A stretch of 64,000 nucleotides of DNA from Clostridia bacterium (GTDB lineage Bacteria > Bacillota > Clostridia > Christensenellales > CAG-1252), in the NCBI GenBank assembly GCA_024685775.1, contig JAIKVL010000016.1:40128-104127 (forward strand), given 5' to 3'. The position numbers and the translations under genes were made by a program. This document shows, one piece after another, positions 26,609 to 36,671 of the stretch (position 1 is its first letter; the number at the start of each line of letters is the position of its first letter). The notes beneath the pieces are model-generated. The model saw nothing but the letters and a program-made list of their open reading frames with translations, made no database searches and had not been told where the DNA came from.

Positions 26609-27591
26609 CAGTCAGCGACGAATCCGATCTTCTTTTTGACCTTGCGAAGCGTTCGGAATGCGATGCGGGAAGCCTTCTCGGCGCCTTCTTTCATAATGCG
26701 TTCGAGCTCCGCTTTATCCGCCATAAAGGTCGCGTACTTTTCCTGCACGGGACGAAGCGCGTCCGCGACCGCCTCTCCGACCGCGATCTTGAAATCGCCG
26801 TAGCCTTTTCCTTCGAAGCGGTTTTCCGCGCTTTCGATCGACTCTCCGCTGAACGCCGAATAGATCGAAAGAAGGTTCGAGATGCCGGGTTTATCTTCGG
26901 AAAAGACGATCCTGTTATCGCTGTCCGTCACCGCGCGCTTGAATTTCTTCATGATAAGATCGGGCGGATCGATAATGGATACCGTAGCGTTCTGATCCTT
27001 ATCGGATTTGCTCATTTTTTCGAGCGGGTTTTGCAGGCTCGTAATCTTCGCGCCCTGCTTGGGAATAAAGGGCTCGGGGACGACGAAAGTTTCGCCGTAA
27101 CGATTATTGAACCGAATCGCAAGATCGCGCGCGAGTTCGAGATGCTGCTTTTGATCCTTTCCGACGGGGACGAGATCGGTCGCGAATAAAAGAATGTCCG
27201 CCGCCATAAGGACGGGATAGGTCAAAAGACCCGCGTTAATATTATCCTCGTTTTTACGGGATTTATCCTTGAACTGCGTCATCCTTTCGAGTTCGCCGAT
27301 ATAAGTCAGGCAGGAAAGGATCCAGCAAAGTTCGGAATGCTGCGGAACGTTGGACTGAACGTACAAAATGCTCTTTTCTGGGTCGAGACCGCAAGCCAAA
27401 AACTGCGCGAAGAAAGAATACGTCCTCTCGCGAAGCTCTTGGGGGATCTGTTTGACCGTCATCGCGTGTTGATTCGCGACGGCGAACAGGCATTCGTTTT
27501 CTTTTTGCAATTCAAGCCAATTTTTGACCGCGCCGATGTAGTTTCCGATCGTAATGCAACCGGTGGGCTGGATGCCGCTGTAAATTCTCAT
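26608..27591 (-). CDS. trpS: tryptophan--tRNA ligase
   Basis: The N-terminus is MRIYSGIQPTGCITIGNYIGAVKNW. The KMSKS motif is present as EKMSKSD. It overlaps the thrC stop as ATGA. Confidence 0.95.
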   Translation of the reverse strand: MRIYSGIQPTGCITIGNYIGAVKNWLELQKENECLFAVANQHAMTVKQIPQELRERTYSFFAQFLACGLDPEKSILYVQSNVPQHSELCWILSCLTYIGELERMTQFKDKSRKNEDNINAGLLTYPVLMAADILLFATDLVPVGKDQKQHLELARDLAIRFNNRYGETFVVPEPFIPKQGAKITSLQNPLEKMSKSDKDQNATVSIIDPPDLIMKKFKRAVTDSDNRIVFSEDKPGISNLLSIYSAFSGESIESAENRFEGKGYGDFKIAVGEAVADALRPVQEKYATFMADKAELERIMKEGAEKASRIAFRTLRKVKKKIGFVAD

Positions 27592-29075
27592 TGTCTATCC
27601 ACTCTCTCCATTACTTTTTGCTTGATCTCGCTTTTTTTCAAAACGTCGCGGAAACGAACTTCGTAGGTTTCGAGCGCCGCGATCCCTTCGGGGATCTCCA
27701 TTCCGCTCAGGGAATGCAATTTCTTCACCGCTTTGAACGGATCTTCCACGCGGCTTTCGCCGATCGCTTCGTAGACGTCCTGCGCGAATTTATACGGGCT
27801 CGCCGTGGACAAGACGACGACGGGCGTCTGATCGTTCGTGATCATCATATAATTATCGTAGACCGAAAGCGCGACGGCAGTATGCGGATCGACGACGTAA
27901 CCGTACTCGTCGAAAGCGTTGCTCATCGACTCCATCGTCTCTTCTTCGTCCGCGAAGCCGCCGTAAAAGACGCCGAAAGCGCGGCGGATCACCGACAGAG
28001 GAACGGAATACTTGCCCGTTTCTTTGAGTTCCGCCATCAATTCTTTGACCTTTTCTCCGTCGCGATCCGTCATTTCGAAGACGAGTCTTTCGAGGTTGGA
28101 GGAGATCAAAATATCCATCGACGGCGAGATCGTCTTGTGAAAATCGCGCGTCGCGTCGTACTCACCCGAATTGAAGAAATCGGTCAAGACGTTATTGATA
28201 TTGGACGCGCACAACAGTTTATTGACGGGAAGCCCCATCTTAAACGCATAATATCCCGCGAGGATATCGCCGAAGTTTCCGGTCGGAACACAGAAATTGA
28301 CTTTTTCGCCTTCTTTGATCTCTCCCGAGGAAAGCATATCGGCGTACGCCGAGAAATAATAAGTGATCTGCGGGAGCAATCTTCCCCAGTTGATGCTGTT
28401 CGCGGAAGACATAACATAGCCTTTTTCTTTCAGCTCTTCCGCGACCGCCTTATCGGTAAAGATCGTCTTAACGGCGGTTTGCGCGTCGTCGAAATTGCCG
28501 CGGATCCCCGCGACGTAAGTATTCTCCCCGCCCGTCGTCACCATTTGAAGTTTTTGCATATCGGAAACGCCTTCATCCGGATAGAAGACCATGATCTCCG
28601 TTCCCGCGACGTCCTTGAACCCTTCGAGCGCGGCTTTTCCCGTGTCGCCGCTGGTCGCGACGAGGACGAGCGTCTTCATCTTCTCCCCTCTCTTTTCGCG
28701 GCAAGCGGAAATCAATTGGGGAAGGACGGTGAGCGCGACGTCCTTAAAGGCGAACGTCGGGCCGTGCCAAAGTTCGAGGATGAACGCGCCCTCGTCGATC
28801 TTGGTCAAGGGGCAAGCGTCCTCGTCGTCGAAACGGGAGTAAGCGCGATTCGCGATCGCGAGAAGCTCTTCTTCGGAAAACTCATCCAAATAAAGCCCCA
28901 TCACGAACGCCGCGCGCTCCGCGTAGGTCATTTCTTCCATATTCCTGATGTCTTGCATCGTGACTTGCGGAAAACTTTCCGGGACGAAAAGACCTCCGTC
29001 CGGGCTTATCCCCGTCAAAATCGCTTCCGTGCCACTCACGGAATGACGTGCGTTCCTCGTGCTGATATATTTCAT
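27588..29075 (-). CDS. thrC: threonine synthase
   Basis: 495 aa. The N-terminus is MKYISTRN. The PLP-lysine context is GPTFAFKDVAL, and SGDTGKAA is also present. Confidence 0.9.
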   Translation of the reverse strand: MKYISTRNARHSVSGTEAILTGISPDGGLFVPESFPQVTMQDIRNMEEMTYAERAAFVMGLYLDEFSEEELLAIANRAYSRFDDEDACPLTKIDEGAFILELWHGPTFAFKDVALTVLPQLISACREKRGEKMKTLVLVATSGDTGKAALEGFKDVAGTEIMVFYPDEGVSDMQKLQMVTTGGENTYVAGIRGNFDDAQTAVKTIFTDKAVAEELKEKGYVMSSANSINWGRLLPQITYYFSAYADMLSSGEIKEGEKVNFCVPTGNFGDILAGYYAFKMGLPVNKLLCASNINNVLTDFFNSGEYDATRDFHKTISPSMDILISSNLERLVFEMTDRDGEKVKELMAELKETGKYSVPLSVIRRAFGVFYGGFADEEETMESMSNAFDEYGYVVDPHTAVALSVYDNYMMITNDQTPVVVLSTASPYKFAQDVYEAIGESRVEDPFKAVKKLHSLSGMEIPEGIAALETYEVRFRDVLKKSEIKQKVMERVDRQ

Positions 29076-29080
29076 TTTTT

Positions 29081-29497
29081 TTATTTTACCTTTTCGGAAT
29101 CGTAAGAAGAAAGAAAGGAGGGAAGGACGTCGGAGCTGACGCTGAGGACGATCTCCATCGCGCTGTTTTTGCTCGCTTTCGCGATCTCGTCATAGAAGAA
29201 TTGCATATCTTCGGGTTTCTTACCGGTGACGCGATGCGCGCCGTCGACGTACAGCATATCGATATCCGAGTTGGAAGCCAAAACGCCTTTGACGAAACCC
29301 GCGAATTGTTCTTCGCTTCCGACGGCGAAGTTTTCGACGTTGATGAGCCTGATATTGTAGTTAAGCTCGAACTTATAGCGATCGGTATACGTCAGAAAGA
29401 CGATGCTCCCCGAGCTCTTCTCGACCATTTCGTTCGCTTCCGCGATGATCTTTTGCGTTTTGCCGCTTCCTTTCGCGCCGTAAATAATTCTTAACAT
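29081..29497 (-). CDS. minimal P-loop NTPase, hypothetical (138 aa)
   Basis: Walker A is GAKGSGKT. A Walker-B-like segment is IDMLYVDGAH. AAAGGAGG lies upstream of ATG 29497. Confidence 0.6.
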   Translation of the reverse strand: MLRIIYGAKGSGKTQKIIAEANEMVEKSSGSIVFLTYTDRYKFELNYNIRLINVENFAVGSEEQFAGFVKGVLASNSDIDMLYVDGAHRVTGKKPEDMQFFYDEIAKASKNSAMEIVLSVSSDVLPSFLSSYDSEKVK

Positions 29498-29583
29498 ATC
29501 AAGTCCTCCTTTAAGTAGTTTTCTTTATTATACAACAAGTAAAAGGGAAATTTTACGCGCAAGTTAAAATTTCCCCTTTTTTC

Positions 29584-30981
29584 TTACTTTTCTCCGCCGA
29601 GCTTAACGAATTTCTCGTACAGCACCGGATCCGCTTCTCGGACGAGCGCGTCGAGTTCTCCGTCGCTCATCGCGGGGACGCGGCCGCTTGCGTAAAGCTC
29701 GTCCACCTTTTGCTTGACCGCGGCGATAATCGGGTCGGTCTTTTTGACTTTCTCCTCCTCGGGAAGGGAGAAATTATTGTTGATCCAGTAGGCGATTCCC
29801 GCGAGACCCGAGTTATTGTCGACGCAAACCGTCGGGGGACGATTCAAGATCTTCGCGGTGTTGAAGATATTGTAGATCTCCTCGTCTTTCATCAACCCGT
29901 CGACGTGGACGCCGGCGCGCGTTACGTTGAAATCTCTTCCGACGAAGGGGGTACGCGGCGGGATCTTGTAGCCGATGTCGCGCTTAAAGTATTCCGCGAT
30001 CTCGGTGATGACCGAAAGGTCCATACCGTCCGTCGTCCCTTTCAGGGAAGCGTACTCCACCGCCATCGCTTCAAGAGGGCAGTTACCGGTGCGTTCGCCG
30101 ATACCGAGGAGCGCGCAGTTGACGGCGGAACAGCCGTACAGCCAAGCCGTGGCGGCGTTCGTTACGACCTTGTAGAAATCGTTATGCCCGTGCCATTCCA
30201 TTTGCTCGGAAGGAACTTCGCCGTAACGCCATAAGCCGTAAATCGTCCTCGGGACGCTTCTCGGAAGAGAAGAGCCCGGGTAAGTAACTCCGTAACCGAG
30301 CGTGTCGCACGCGCGGACTTTGATCGGGATTCCGCTCTCTTTGGAGAGTTTCATCAATTCGCGGACGAAAGGAACGACGTAACCGTAGGAGTCCGCCCTC
30401 GTGATATCTTCGAGGTGGGCGCGGGGAACGATCCCTCTGTCGAGCGCTTTTTTGATAATGGACAAATATTTATCCATCGCTTGCGCGCGCGTCAAATGTA
30501 ATTTATTGAAAATGTGGTAGTCCGAACAGCTGACGAGGACGCCCGTCTCTTTGATTCCCATTTCTTTGACGAGCTCGAAATCGGAATCGGTGGCGCGGAT
30601 CCAGCTCGTGATCTCCGGGAACTCGTAGCCGAGCTCTTGGCAAGCGCGAACCGCCGCTCTGTCTTTCTCGCTGTAAAGGAAGAATTCGCTTTGTTTGACG
30701 ACGCCTTTTTTACCGCCGAGGCGATGCAGCATTTTGTAAAGCTCGACGATCTGCTCCACGGTAAAGGGCTGCATGGATTGCTGACCGTCGCGGAAGGTCG
30801 TGTCGGTGATCCAGAGGTTTTCCGGAGTGTTCATCGGCACGGTGAAAAAGTCAAACGCCGTGCGGGGAACGTTTTCATAGTCGAAAAACTCGCGGAAAAG
30901 ATTGGGTTCCGCCACGTCTTGCAAACTATAAGAATACGTCTGCTCCTGCAACAAATGCTTATGCGAGTTGTAAAAAATCAT
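29584..30981 (-). CDS. HMGL-like (DRE-TIM) aldolase family enzyme; homocitrate/isopropylmalate-synthase relative, possibly Re-citrate synthase
   Basis: Motifs are ITDTTFRDGQQS and WHGHNDFYKVVTNA (the HxH metal site). It is 465 aa with no LeuA-type C-terminal regulatory domain. The Re-citrate synthase assignment is an inference from size and the clostridial context. Confidence 0.65.
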   Translation of the reverse strand: MIFYNSHKHLLQEQTYSYSLQDVAEPNLFREFFDYENVPRTAFDFFTVPMNTPENLWITDTTFRDGQQSMQPFTVEQIVELYKMLHRLGGKKGVVKQSEFFLYSEKDRAAVRACQELGYEFPEITSWIRATDSDFELVKEMGIKETGVLVSCSDYHIFNKLHLTRAQAMDKYLSIIKKALDRGIVPRAHLEDITRADSYGYVVPFVRELMKLSKESGIPIKVRACDTLGYGVTYPGSSLPRSVPRTIYGLWRYGEVPSEQMEWHGHNDFYKVVTNAATAWLYGCSAVNCALLGIGERTGNCPLEAMAVEYASLKGTTDGMDLSVITEIAEYFKRDIGYKIPPRTPFVGRDFNVTRAGVHVDGLMKDEEIYNIFNTAKILNRPPTVCVDNNSGLAGIAYWINNNFSLPEEEKVKKTDPIIAAVKQKVDELYASGRVPAMSDGELDALVREADPVLYEKFVKLGGEK

Positions 30982-30993
30982 ATCTGCCTCCTC

Positions 30994-32067
30994 TTACGAT
31001 CGGTCGCTGTTTTTCAAAAGCTCGTTCTGCTCGTTCAAAGCGAGCGCTTCGATCATTTCAAGCATATCGCCGTCCAAAAACTGTTCCAAACTGTAAAGCG
31101 TCATTCCGATGCGGTGATCGGTCACGCGCCCTTGGGGATAATTGTAGGTGCGGATGCGCTCCGACCTGTCGCCGCTTCCGACCTGCGCCTTTCTCTTCTC
31201 CGCGTACTCCTTATCCGCTTGCGAGCGATAATAGTCGTACAGCTTCGATTTCAAAACCTTCATCGCTTTCTCTTTATTCTTGATCTGCGATTTTTCGTCC
31301 TGACAGGTGACGACGAGTCCCGTCGGGATATGGGTGATGCGGATCGCGCTTTCGGTCTTGTTGACGTACTGCCCGCCCGCGCCGCCCGCGCGATAGGTGT
31401 CGATTTTCAGATCGGCGGGATTGAAAGAAGCGTCCACGTCTTCCGCTTCGGGAAGGACGGCGACCGTCGCGGCGGAAGTGTGGATCCTGCCCTGCGACTC
31501 GGTCGCGGGAACGCGCTGCACGCGGTGCGCGCCGCTCTCGTATTTGAGTTTGCTGTACGCGCCTTTACCCGACACCAGAAACACCGCTTCTTTTACGCCG
31601 CCGAGATCGGTCATATTGATATCGACCTCTTCGGTCTTCCAACGCATCCGCTCGGCGAAACGCATATACATCCGCATCAAAACCGCGCCGAAAAGGCTCG
31701 CTTCTTCGCCGCCCGTTCCCGCGCGGATCTCGATGACGACGTTTTTATCGTCGTTGGGATCCTTGGGAAGGAGCTGGATTTTCAACGTCTCTTTGAGCTT
31801 CTCCATCTTCTCTTTCGCTTCCTGCCTTTCTTCTTCGACAAGCGCCAAAAGATCGGGATCTTTTTCTTCTTTCAGCATGCGCTCGCAATCGGCTTCGTCC
31901 TTTTCGGCGCGAAGGTAGGCGTCGTAGTTCACCATGATCTCCGAAAGAGCCGCGTGCTCCTTCGCAACCTTCTGCCACTCGTCCTGCCGAGCGATTATTT
32001 GCGGATCGGCGAGCTTTTCATTCAGCTCGTCGAAACGGATTTTCATCTTTTTCAGTTTCTCGATCAT
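30994..32067 (-). CDS. prfA: peptide chain release factor 1
   Basis: The PAT tripeptide sits in [13 protein letters not shown]. The GGQ loop is [23 protein letters not shown]. It overlaps the upstream stop as ATGA. Confidence 0.95.
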   Translation of the reverse strand: MIEKLKKMKIRFDELNEKLADPQIIARQDEWQKVAKEHAALSEIMVNYDAYLRAEKDEADCERMLKEEKDPDLLALVEEERQEAKEKMEKLKETLKIQLLPKDPNDDKNVVIEIRAGTGGEEASLFGAVLMRMYMRFAERMRWKTEEVDINMTDLGGVKEAVFLVSGKGAYSKLKYESGAHRVQRVPATESQGRIHTSAATVAVLPEAEDVDASFNPADLKIDTYRAGGAGGQYVNKTESAIRITHIPTGLVVTCQDEKSQIKNKEKAMKVLKSKLYDYYRSQADKEYAEKRKAQVGSGDRSERIRTYNYPQGRVTDHRIGMTLYSLEQFLDGDMLEMIEALALNEQNELLKNSDRS

Positions 32068-33848
32068 TCTATCTCCACGGTCACCACTCTGTCGTGCGAT
32101 TCAAGGTCTTTGGTCACCGTCACTTTCCCCATCGTCTCAAAGAGCGCGCGAACCGCTTCTCCCTGATCCGCTCCGATCTCCATAATGAGCGCGCCGCCCG
32201 CATTCAAATGCGCGCCGACGCTTTCGCGGATCGCCCTGTAACAGTCGAGTCCGTCTTCGCCGCCGCAAAGCGCGAGAAAAGGCTCTTTGCGAACGTTCGC
32301 GTCCAATTTCTCGATCTCGGCGCGGGGGATGTAGGGAGGATTCGCCGTTATCAAATCGAACGAACCTTCGATCGAAGCGAAAAGATCGCTTTGGATAAAG
32401 GTCACGTTCGCGCCCAAGGCTTCTTTATTTTCCCGCGCGAGAGACAATGCTTCTTCGCTGACGTCCGACGCGAAGACTTCGGCTTTCGTCTTTAACGCGA
32501 GAACGAGAGCGATCGCGCCCGTCCCCGTGCAAATATCCAAAACGCGCTTTCCTTCCGAAAGGTCGCGCTTCAAGGCTTCTTCGACCAAAAACTCCGTGTC
32601 ACCGCGCGGGATCAATGCGCGCGCGTCCGTCTTGATCGTCACGCCGTAAAAGGAAGTCTCGCCGAGGACGTACTGCAAAGGTTCGCCCGCTCCGACTCTT
32701 TTCGCGGCTTCTTTGATCGAGTTCGTGGCGGATTCGTCGATGAGTTCCGTCGTCGCGAGTTCGCTTCTCTCGACTTTGAGATAAAAAGCGGAGATCCAAT
32801 CGACGAGCGTTTCCGCTTCGTCAGACTCCGTTATGTACGACAACGCTTCGCGGCGAACGAGGCGATAGTCTTTGCGAACGTTGAATTTTTTGGTGGGGAT
32901 GGTCTCGTCCGCGTCCATTTCCATAACGGTCTTAAAGGACGTAAGCGAGACTTCGAGCATCGAATCGTCCGGCTCGCGGGTCGTTAAAAGCTGAAACCAA
33001 AGACCCGGCTTTTTCAAAATGCGGACGAAGGGATTATCGAACTTCGCAAGCCCTTTCAAAACCTCGTAAGAAACGCCGGCGACGACGGGAAGCAAAGCAA
33101 GCCTCGTCACGAAACGAAGCAAGAAGGAAAGCATCCTGTTTCCGACGTTATCAAACGCGGGAAGAAACGCGCTTGCGAGGACGCTGACGAAAACGGTGAT
33201 CACGAGGAAGCTCGTCCCGCAACGATCGTGCAGACGGCTCATTTTGCGCGCGTTCTCGACGGTCAGTTCTTCGCCCTGCTCGAAACAAGTGATGACCTTA
33301 TGCTCCGCACCGTGATACATAAACACGCGTTTGATATCGGGAACGAGAGAGACGGCGAAAAGATAGCCCAAAAGGATGATCAGGCGAACGCCGCTTACGA
33401 CGAGATTTCTCCAAACGTAATGGACGCCCTTGAATCCGGGAATATACTCGAAAAGCGTGACGACCCCGACGGGAAGCGCGACGAAAAGCCCGATCGCGAA
33501 GACGACGCCGAGAAGGACGCCGATAAAGATCGCGATATCCATGACGCTTTTTTTGCTCCGCTCCGCGAGCCAAAGCTCGAATTTGGAAGGCTCGCCCATA
33601 TCTTCGCCGTAAAGTTCGGCGGAACGAGTCAAAACTTTCGACCCGACGATCATCATAGCGAAAAAGTTGAGAAAACCGCGGAGGACGGGAACTTTTTTCC
33701 ACCACTTCGTTTCTTGGGGAATACGCTCCGTTTCCACCTCGATCCTTCCGTCGGACGTGCGGACGGCTGTGGCGACGCTTTTCTCGCCGCGCATCATGAC
33801 GCCTTCCAGTACTGCCTGACCTCCGATCTTGGACACGAATTTTCTCAT
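32064..33848 (-). CDS. prmC: fusion protein: DUF1385 membrane domain (aa ~1-310) plus release-factor glutamine N5-methyltransferase PrmC (aa ~320-594)
   Basis: The N-terminal part reads [14 protein letters not shown]...YHGAEHKVI...DRCGTSF, interleaved with TM helices. The C-terminal part reads [13 protein letters not shown]...LIPRGDTE...[13 protein letters not shown]...ITANPPYI. It is one uninterrupted 594-codon ORF. Confidence 0.85.
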   Translation of the reverse strand: MRKFVSKIGGQAVLEGVMMRGEKSVATAVRTSDGRIEVETERIPQETKWWKKVPVLRGFLNFFAMMIVGSKVLTRSAELYGEDMGEPSKFELWLAERSKKSVMDIAIFIGVLLGVVFAIGLFVALPVGVVTLFEYIPGFKGVHYVWRNLVVSGVRLIILLGYLFAVSLVPDIKRVFMYHGAEHKVITCFEQGEELTVENARKMSRLHDRCGTSFLVITVFVSVLASAFLPAFDNVGNRMLSFLLRFVTRLALLPVVAGVSYEVLKGLAKFDNPFVRILKKPGLWFQLLTTREPDDSMLEVSLTSFKTVMEMDADETIPTKKFNVRKDYRLVRREALSYITESDEAETLVDWISAFYLKVERSELATTELIDESATNSIKEAAKRVGAGEPLQYVLGETSFYGVTIKTDARALIPRGDTEFLVEEALKRDLSEGKRVLDICTGTGAIALVLALKTKAEVFASDVSEEALSLARENKEALGANVTFIQSDLFASIEGSFDLITANPPYIPRAEIEKLDANVRKEPFLALCGGEDGLDCYRAIRESVGAHLNAGGALIMEIGADQGEAVRALFETMGKVTVTKDLESHDRVVTVEIE

Positions 33849-33968
33849 TGACTACCCACCTTTTCGCCGCATCTCGGGACACTTTGCAAAGGAATGAAGG
33901 AAGAGCCCCTCGCTTTGCAAAACATAAAAAAATGCGTTGCTGTCTTCAACAACGCACTTTGGTTTGGA

Positions 33969-34178
33969 TTATTTGTTTCTGTTATAGCGGTTGTTGAACT
34001 TTTCGACCCTGCCGCCGGTATCCACAAGCTTTTGCTTACCGGTAAAGAAAGGGTGACATTTGTTACAAATATCGACGGAGATAACGTCCGCCTTTTTCGT
34101 AGTGCCCGTTTCGAAAGTGTTGCCGCAAGCGCAAACCACTTTTGCTTTTCTGTATTCGGGATGGATGGATTCTTTCAT
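33969..34178 (-). CDS. rpmE: 50S ribosomal protein L31
   Basis: The sequence is [27 protein letters not shown]...[17 protein letters not shown] lies upstream. Confidence 0.95.
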   Translation of the reverse strand: MKESIHPEYRKAKVVCACGNTFETGTTKKADVISVDICNKCHPFFTGKQKLVDTGGRVEKFNNRYNRNK

Positions 34179-34214
34179 TTTGTTTCACCTCGTAAAGATT
34201 ACTTATGTATTGTT

Positions 34215-34243
34215 ATTATACTTTCGCAAAAAATACAAGTCAA
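34215..34243 (-). promoter_or_regulatory. sigma-70-type promoter candidate for rpmE operon
   Basis: The minus strand reads TTGACT (34243-34238), a 17-nt spacer, then TATAAT (34220-34215). It lies about 37 nt upstream of the rpmE ATG. Confidence 0.55.
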
Positions 34244-34337
34244 CGATTTTAGAGGCAATTGCGCAAATTATTTATATATTTTAATTTTTAGAGCGAAACT
34301 TCGCCGCAGGATCGGACGTCCCGCGCGTTTTCGATCG

Positions 34338-36671
34338 TCAGTACAAAAGGGAGAAATACAAACCGAAATATTTCAGCATATTCTGCACGACGAACAGAAG
34401 CGCGACGGAGAAGACTGCGCCGAGCGCCGCCGAAGAGAGGACGACGATCGCGTTTTCGATTAAAAGGATCTTTGCCGTGTCTCCTTTTCCCGCGCCCACG
34501 GCGGACAGAATTCGAAATTCCCTCTTCCGATCGCGCAAAGACGCGAGAAGCGCGTTCGCGTAACCGATCGCCGCGAAGACGATCACGAGGACGTTGAAGA
34601 GTTTGAAGATCTTCAAATAGGAGCGAGCGAGCGACGTGACGTAGGAAAAGACGTCCTTGATCCTCGTCACCGCGCCAACGAGCGAATACTTTTCGGACAA
34701 ACGGTCGAACGTTTCCGCATTTTCCGTCGCCGCGAGGCAAGCGTTCGGCATCACGCCGAGACCGGAAAGATCGGAGAAGACGACCGTGATCGGCGTATCG
34801 GTCAACGCGGACACCGTAAAGGGGACGTACTCCCCGTTCAAACGGACGGCGAACCCGTCGCCGATCTTCAAGCCGCGTTTCATCGCGAATCCTCGGCTGA
34901 CGGCGGCTTTTCGAGCGCCCGCGACGGCGTCGAACCGAAACCCGAACGCCTTCGTTTCGAGAACGCGATCCGCTTCCTGCGCGCGAACGGCGACGAAGGT
35001 CACCGTCCCATCTCCCCCCTCGACGGCGCATTTCGTTTCGAGATAGGCGAGATACGCCCCGCTTACCCCTTCTTCCGCGCGAAGGGATTCGAGGATTTCG
35101 GGCGCGGCGTCCTCGGAGCAGGTCACCGAAACGTCCGTCTTAAACAGTCGATCGAAAGACGCGAGCTGCCCTTCCGCTTCCCCGCAAAGCGAAGCGACCG
35201 CGACGACCGCCGCAAGAGAAACGGCGAAGATGCGCGCGCCCGCATAAGCGTGCTTTTGCTTGTGCGTAGCGGAAGAAGCGACGTAAAGCGCGCCCGCCTT
35301 TCCCTTTTCCGACAGTTTCATCACGATTTCGCCCACGCCTTTGACCGCAAGCGGCGCAAGGAAAAGGAGAAGCGCGAAGACGGAAAGAAACGCAAACACG
35401 CCGAGAACGAGCGAGAAACGAACGCCCGAAAGCGCGAGCGCGACCGAAAACGCGACGAAAAGCACCGCCGAAACGAGCGCGGGAAGATAGCGATCCTTGG
35501 CGATGGGCGTCGCGTAATGAAGCGCGTCGTACAAACTCGTTCGGGAAAGTTTCAAAACGGGCAAGAGCGCGGAGAAAAATGCGAGCGCCACACCGAACAA
35601 AATTCCCATCAAACACAAAACGGGAGAGATCGAGATCACGCCCGCGGAGAACGAACCGACCAAGGCAAACAGCGCGGAAACGCCGAAAGAAAGTCCGATA
35701 CCCGCCGCGGAACCGAACAGCGCGTAAAGCAAAATCTCGGCGCAGAGATAGGCGAAAAGCCTTCCGTGCGTCGCGCCCGCGCTCATAAACAAAGCGCAAA
35801 GCGAAATTCGGTTTTTCATAACGAGGGAGACCGCCGTAAAGATCAAGACGGCGCCGATCGCGGCGACCAACGCGGCGATCACGGCGAGAAGTGCGCTTTG
35901 ATAGGACAGCGTCGCTTTCACGTTTTCATCGTTTACGGGAGAGCCGATCGAAAACGTCGGAGCTTCCGAAGAAAGCAATGCTTTCGCTTCTTTTTCGCCA
36001 AGCCCGAGCGCTTTCAGCTTTTGCTCGGAAAAATCGATGAAAAAGCGATTATAAACGCGAACGCCGTCCCCGAGAGAGACGAGACGCGACGAAACCGCTT
36101 CCGAGACGAGGACGTCGGAAGATAAAAAGACACCCCCTTCTTCCGCAAAAGCGATCGCGGTCAAGACGACCGTTTGACTCCCGCCGTAACGGGAAAGGGC
36201 GAATTCTCCGCCGAGCGAAACGCCGATCTTTTTCGCGAAAGAACGCGACAGGATCGCGCCCGTCCTCGAAGGCTCGATCTTCCCCGCGTAAACGGAGATC
36301 GGATTATAGGAAGAAAGTTCGGAAACGTCCGTCGAATAGACGCGCGCGAACGAATCCGCTTTCGCCGCCGCGGACGCGTAAAAAGAGTATCCGGAATACA
36401 GCGCGCCGACCTTTTCCGCCGCCGCGCCGAGTTCTTCGAGCTCTTCCGATCCGCCCGTCAGATAAAACGCGGGAGTTTCTCCCGCATAGACGGCTTCCGC
36501 CGCCGCCCGCCCCGAAAGCGAGCGATAGGAACGGATCGCTTCTTTTTCGATCGAGTCGCGGAGCGCGAGCGCGGAAAGAAAGGTCGCGACCGCAAGCGCA
36601 ACGGTCAAAAAGATCAAAATAGGTTCGCCTATTTTGCGTTTGAAATTCAAAAACAGACTTTTCAGAAACAT
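34338..36671 (-). CDS. ABC transporter permease, FtsX/MacB-like (two FtsX modules)
   Basis: 777 aa. Two blocks of 4 TM helices are each preceded by a large extracytoplasmic region. It overlaps the upstream ATPase gene by 10 nt. Confidence 0.8.
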   Translation of the reverse strand: MFLKSLFLNFKRKIGEPILIFLTVALAVATFLSALALRDSIEKEAIRSYRSLSGRAAAEAVYAGETPAFYLTGGSEELEELGAAAEKVGALYSGYSFYASAAAKADSFARVYSTDVSELSSYNPISVYAGKIEPSRTGAILSRSFAKKIGVSLGGEFALSRYGGSQTVVLTAIAFAEEGGVFLSSDVLVSEAVSSRLVSLGDGVRVYNRFFIDFSEQKLKALGLGEKEAKALLSSEAPTFSIGSPVNDENVKATLSYQSALLAVIAALVAAIGAVLIFTAVSLVMKNRISLCALFMSAGATHGRLFAYLCAEILLYALFGSAAGIGLSFGVSALFALVGSFSAGVISISPVLCLMGILFGVALAFFSALLPVLKLSRTSLYDALHYATPIAKDRYLPALVSAVLFVAFSVALALSGVRFSLVLGVFAFLSVFALLLFLAPLAVKGVGEIVMKLSEKGKAGALYVASSATHKQKHAYAGARIFAVSLAAVVAVASLCGEAEGQLASFDRLFKTDVSVTCSEDAAPEILESLRAEEGVSGAYLAYLETKCAVEGGDGTVTFVAVRAQEADRVLETKAFGFRFDAVAGARKAAVSRGFAMKRGLKIGDGFAVRLNGEYVPFTVSALTDTPITVVFSDLSGLGVMPNACLAATENAETFDRLSEKYSLVGAVTRIKDVFSYVTSLARSYLKIFKLFNVLVIVFAAIGYANALLASLRDRKREFRILSAVGAGKGDTAKILLIENAIVVLSSAALGAVFSVALLFVVQNMLKYFGLYFSLLY

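Noticed and set aside
34288-35799. Arg-rich ORFs of 247 aa and 219 aa inside the FtsX-permease gene.
   Set aside because: They are out-of-frame shadows of the 777-aa permease. They have poly-Arg composition and no start-site signals.
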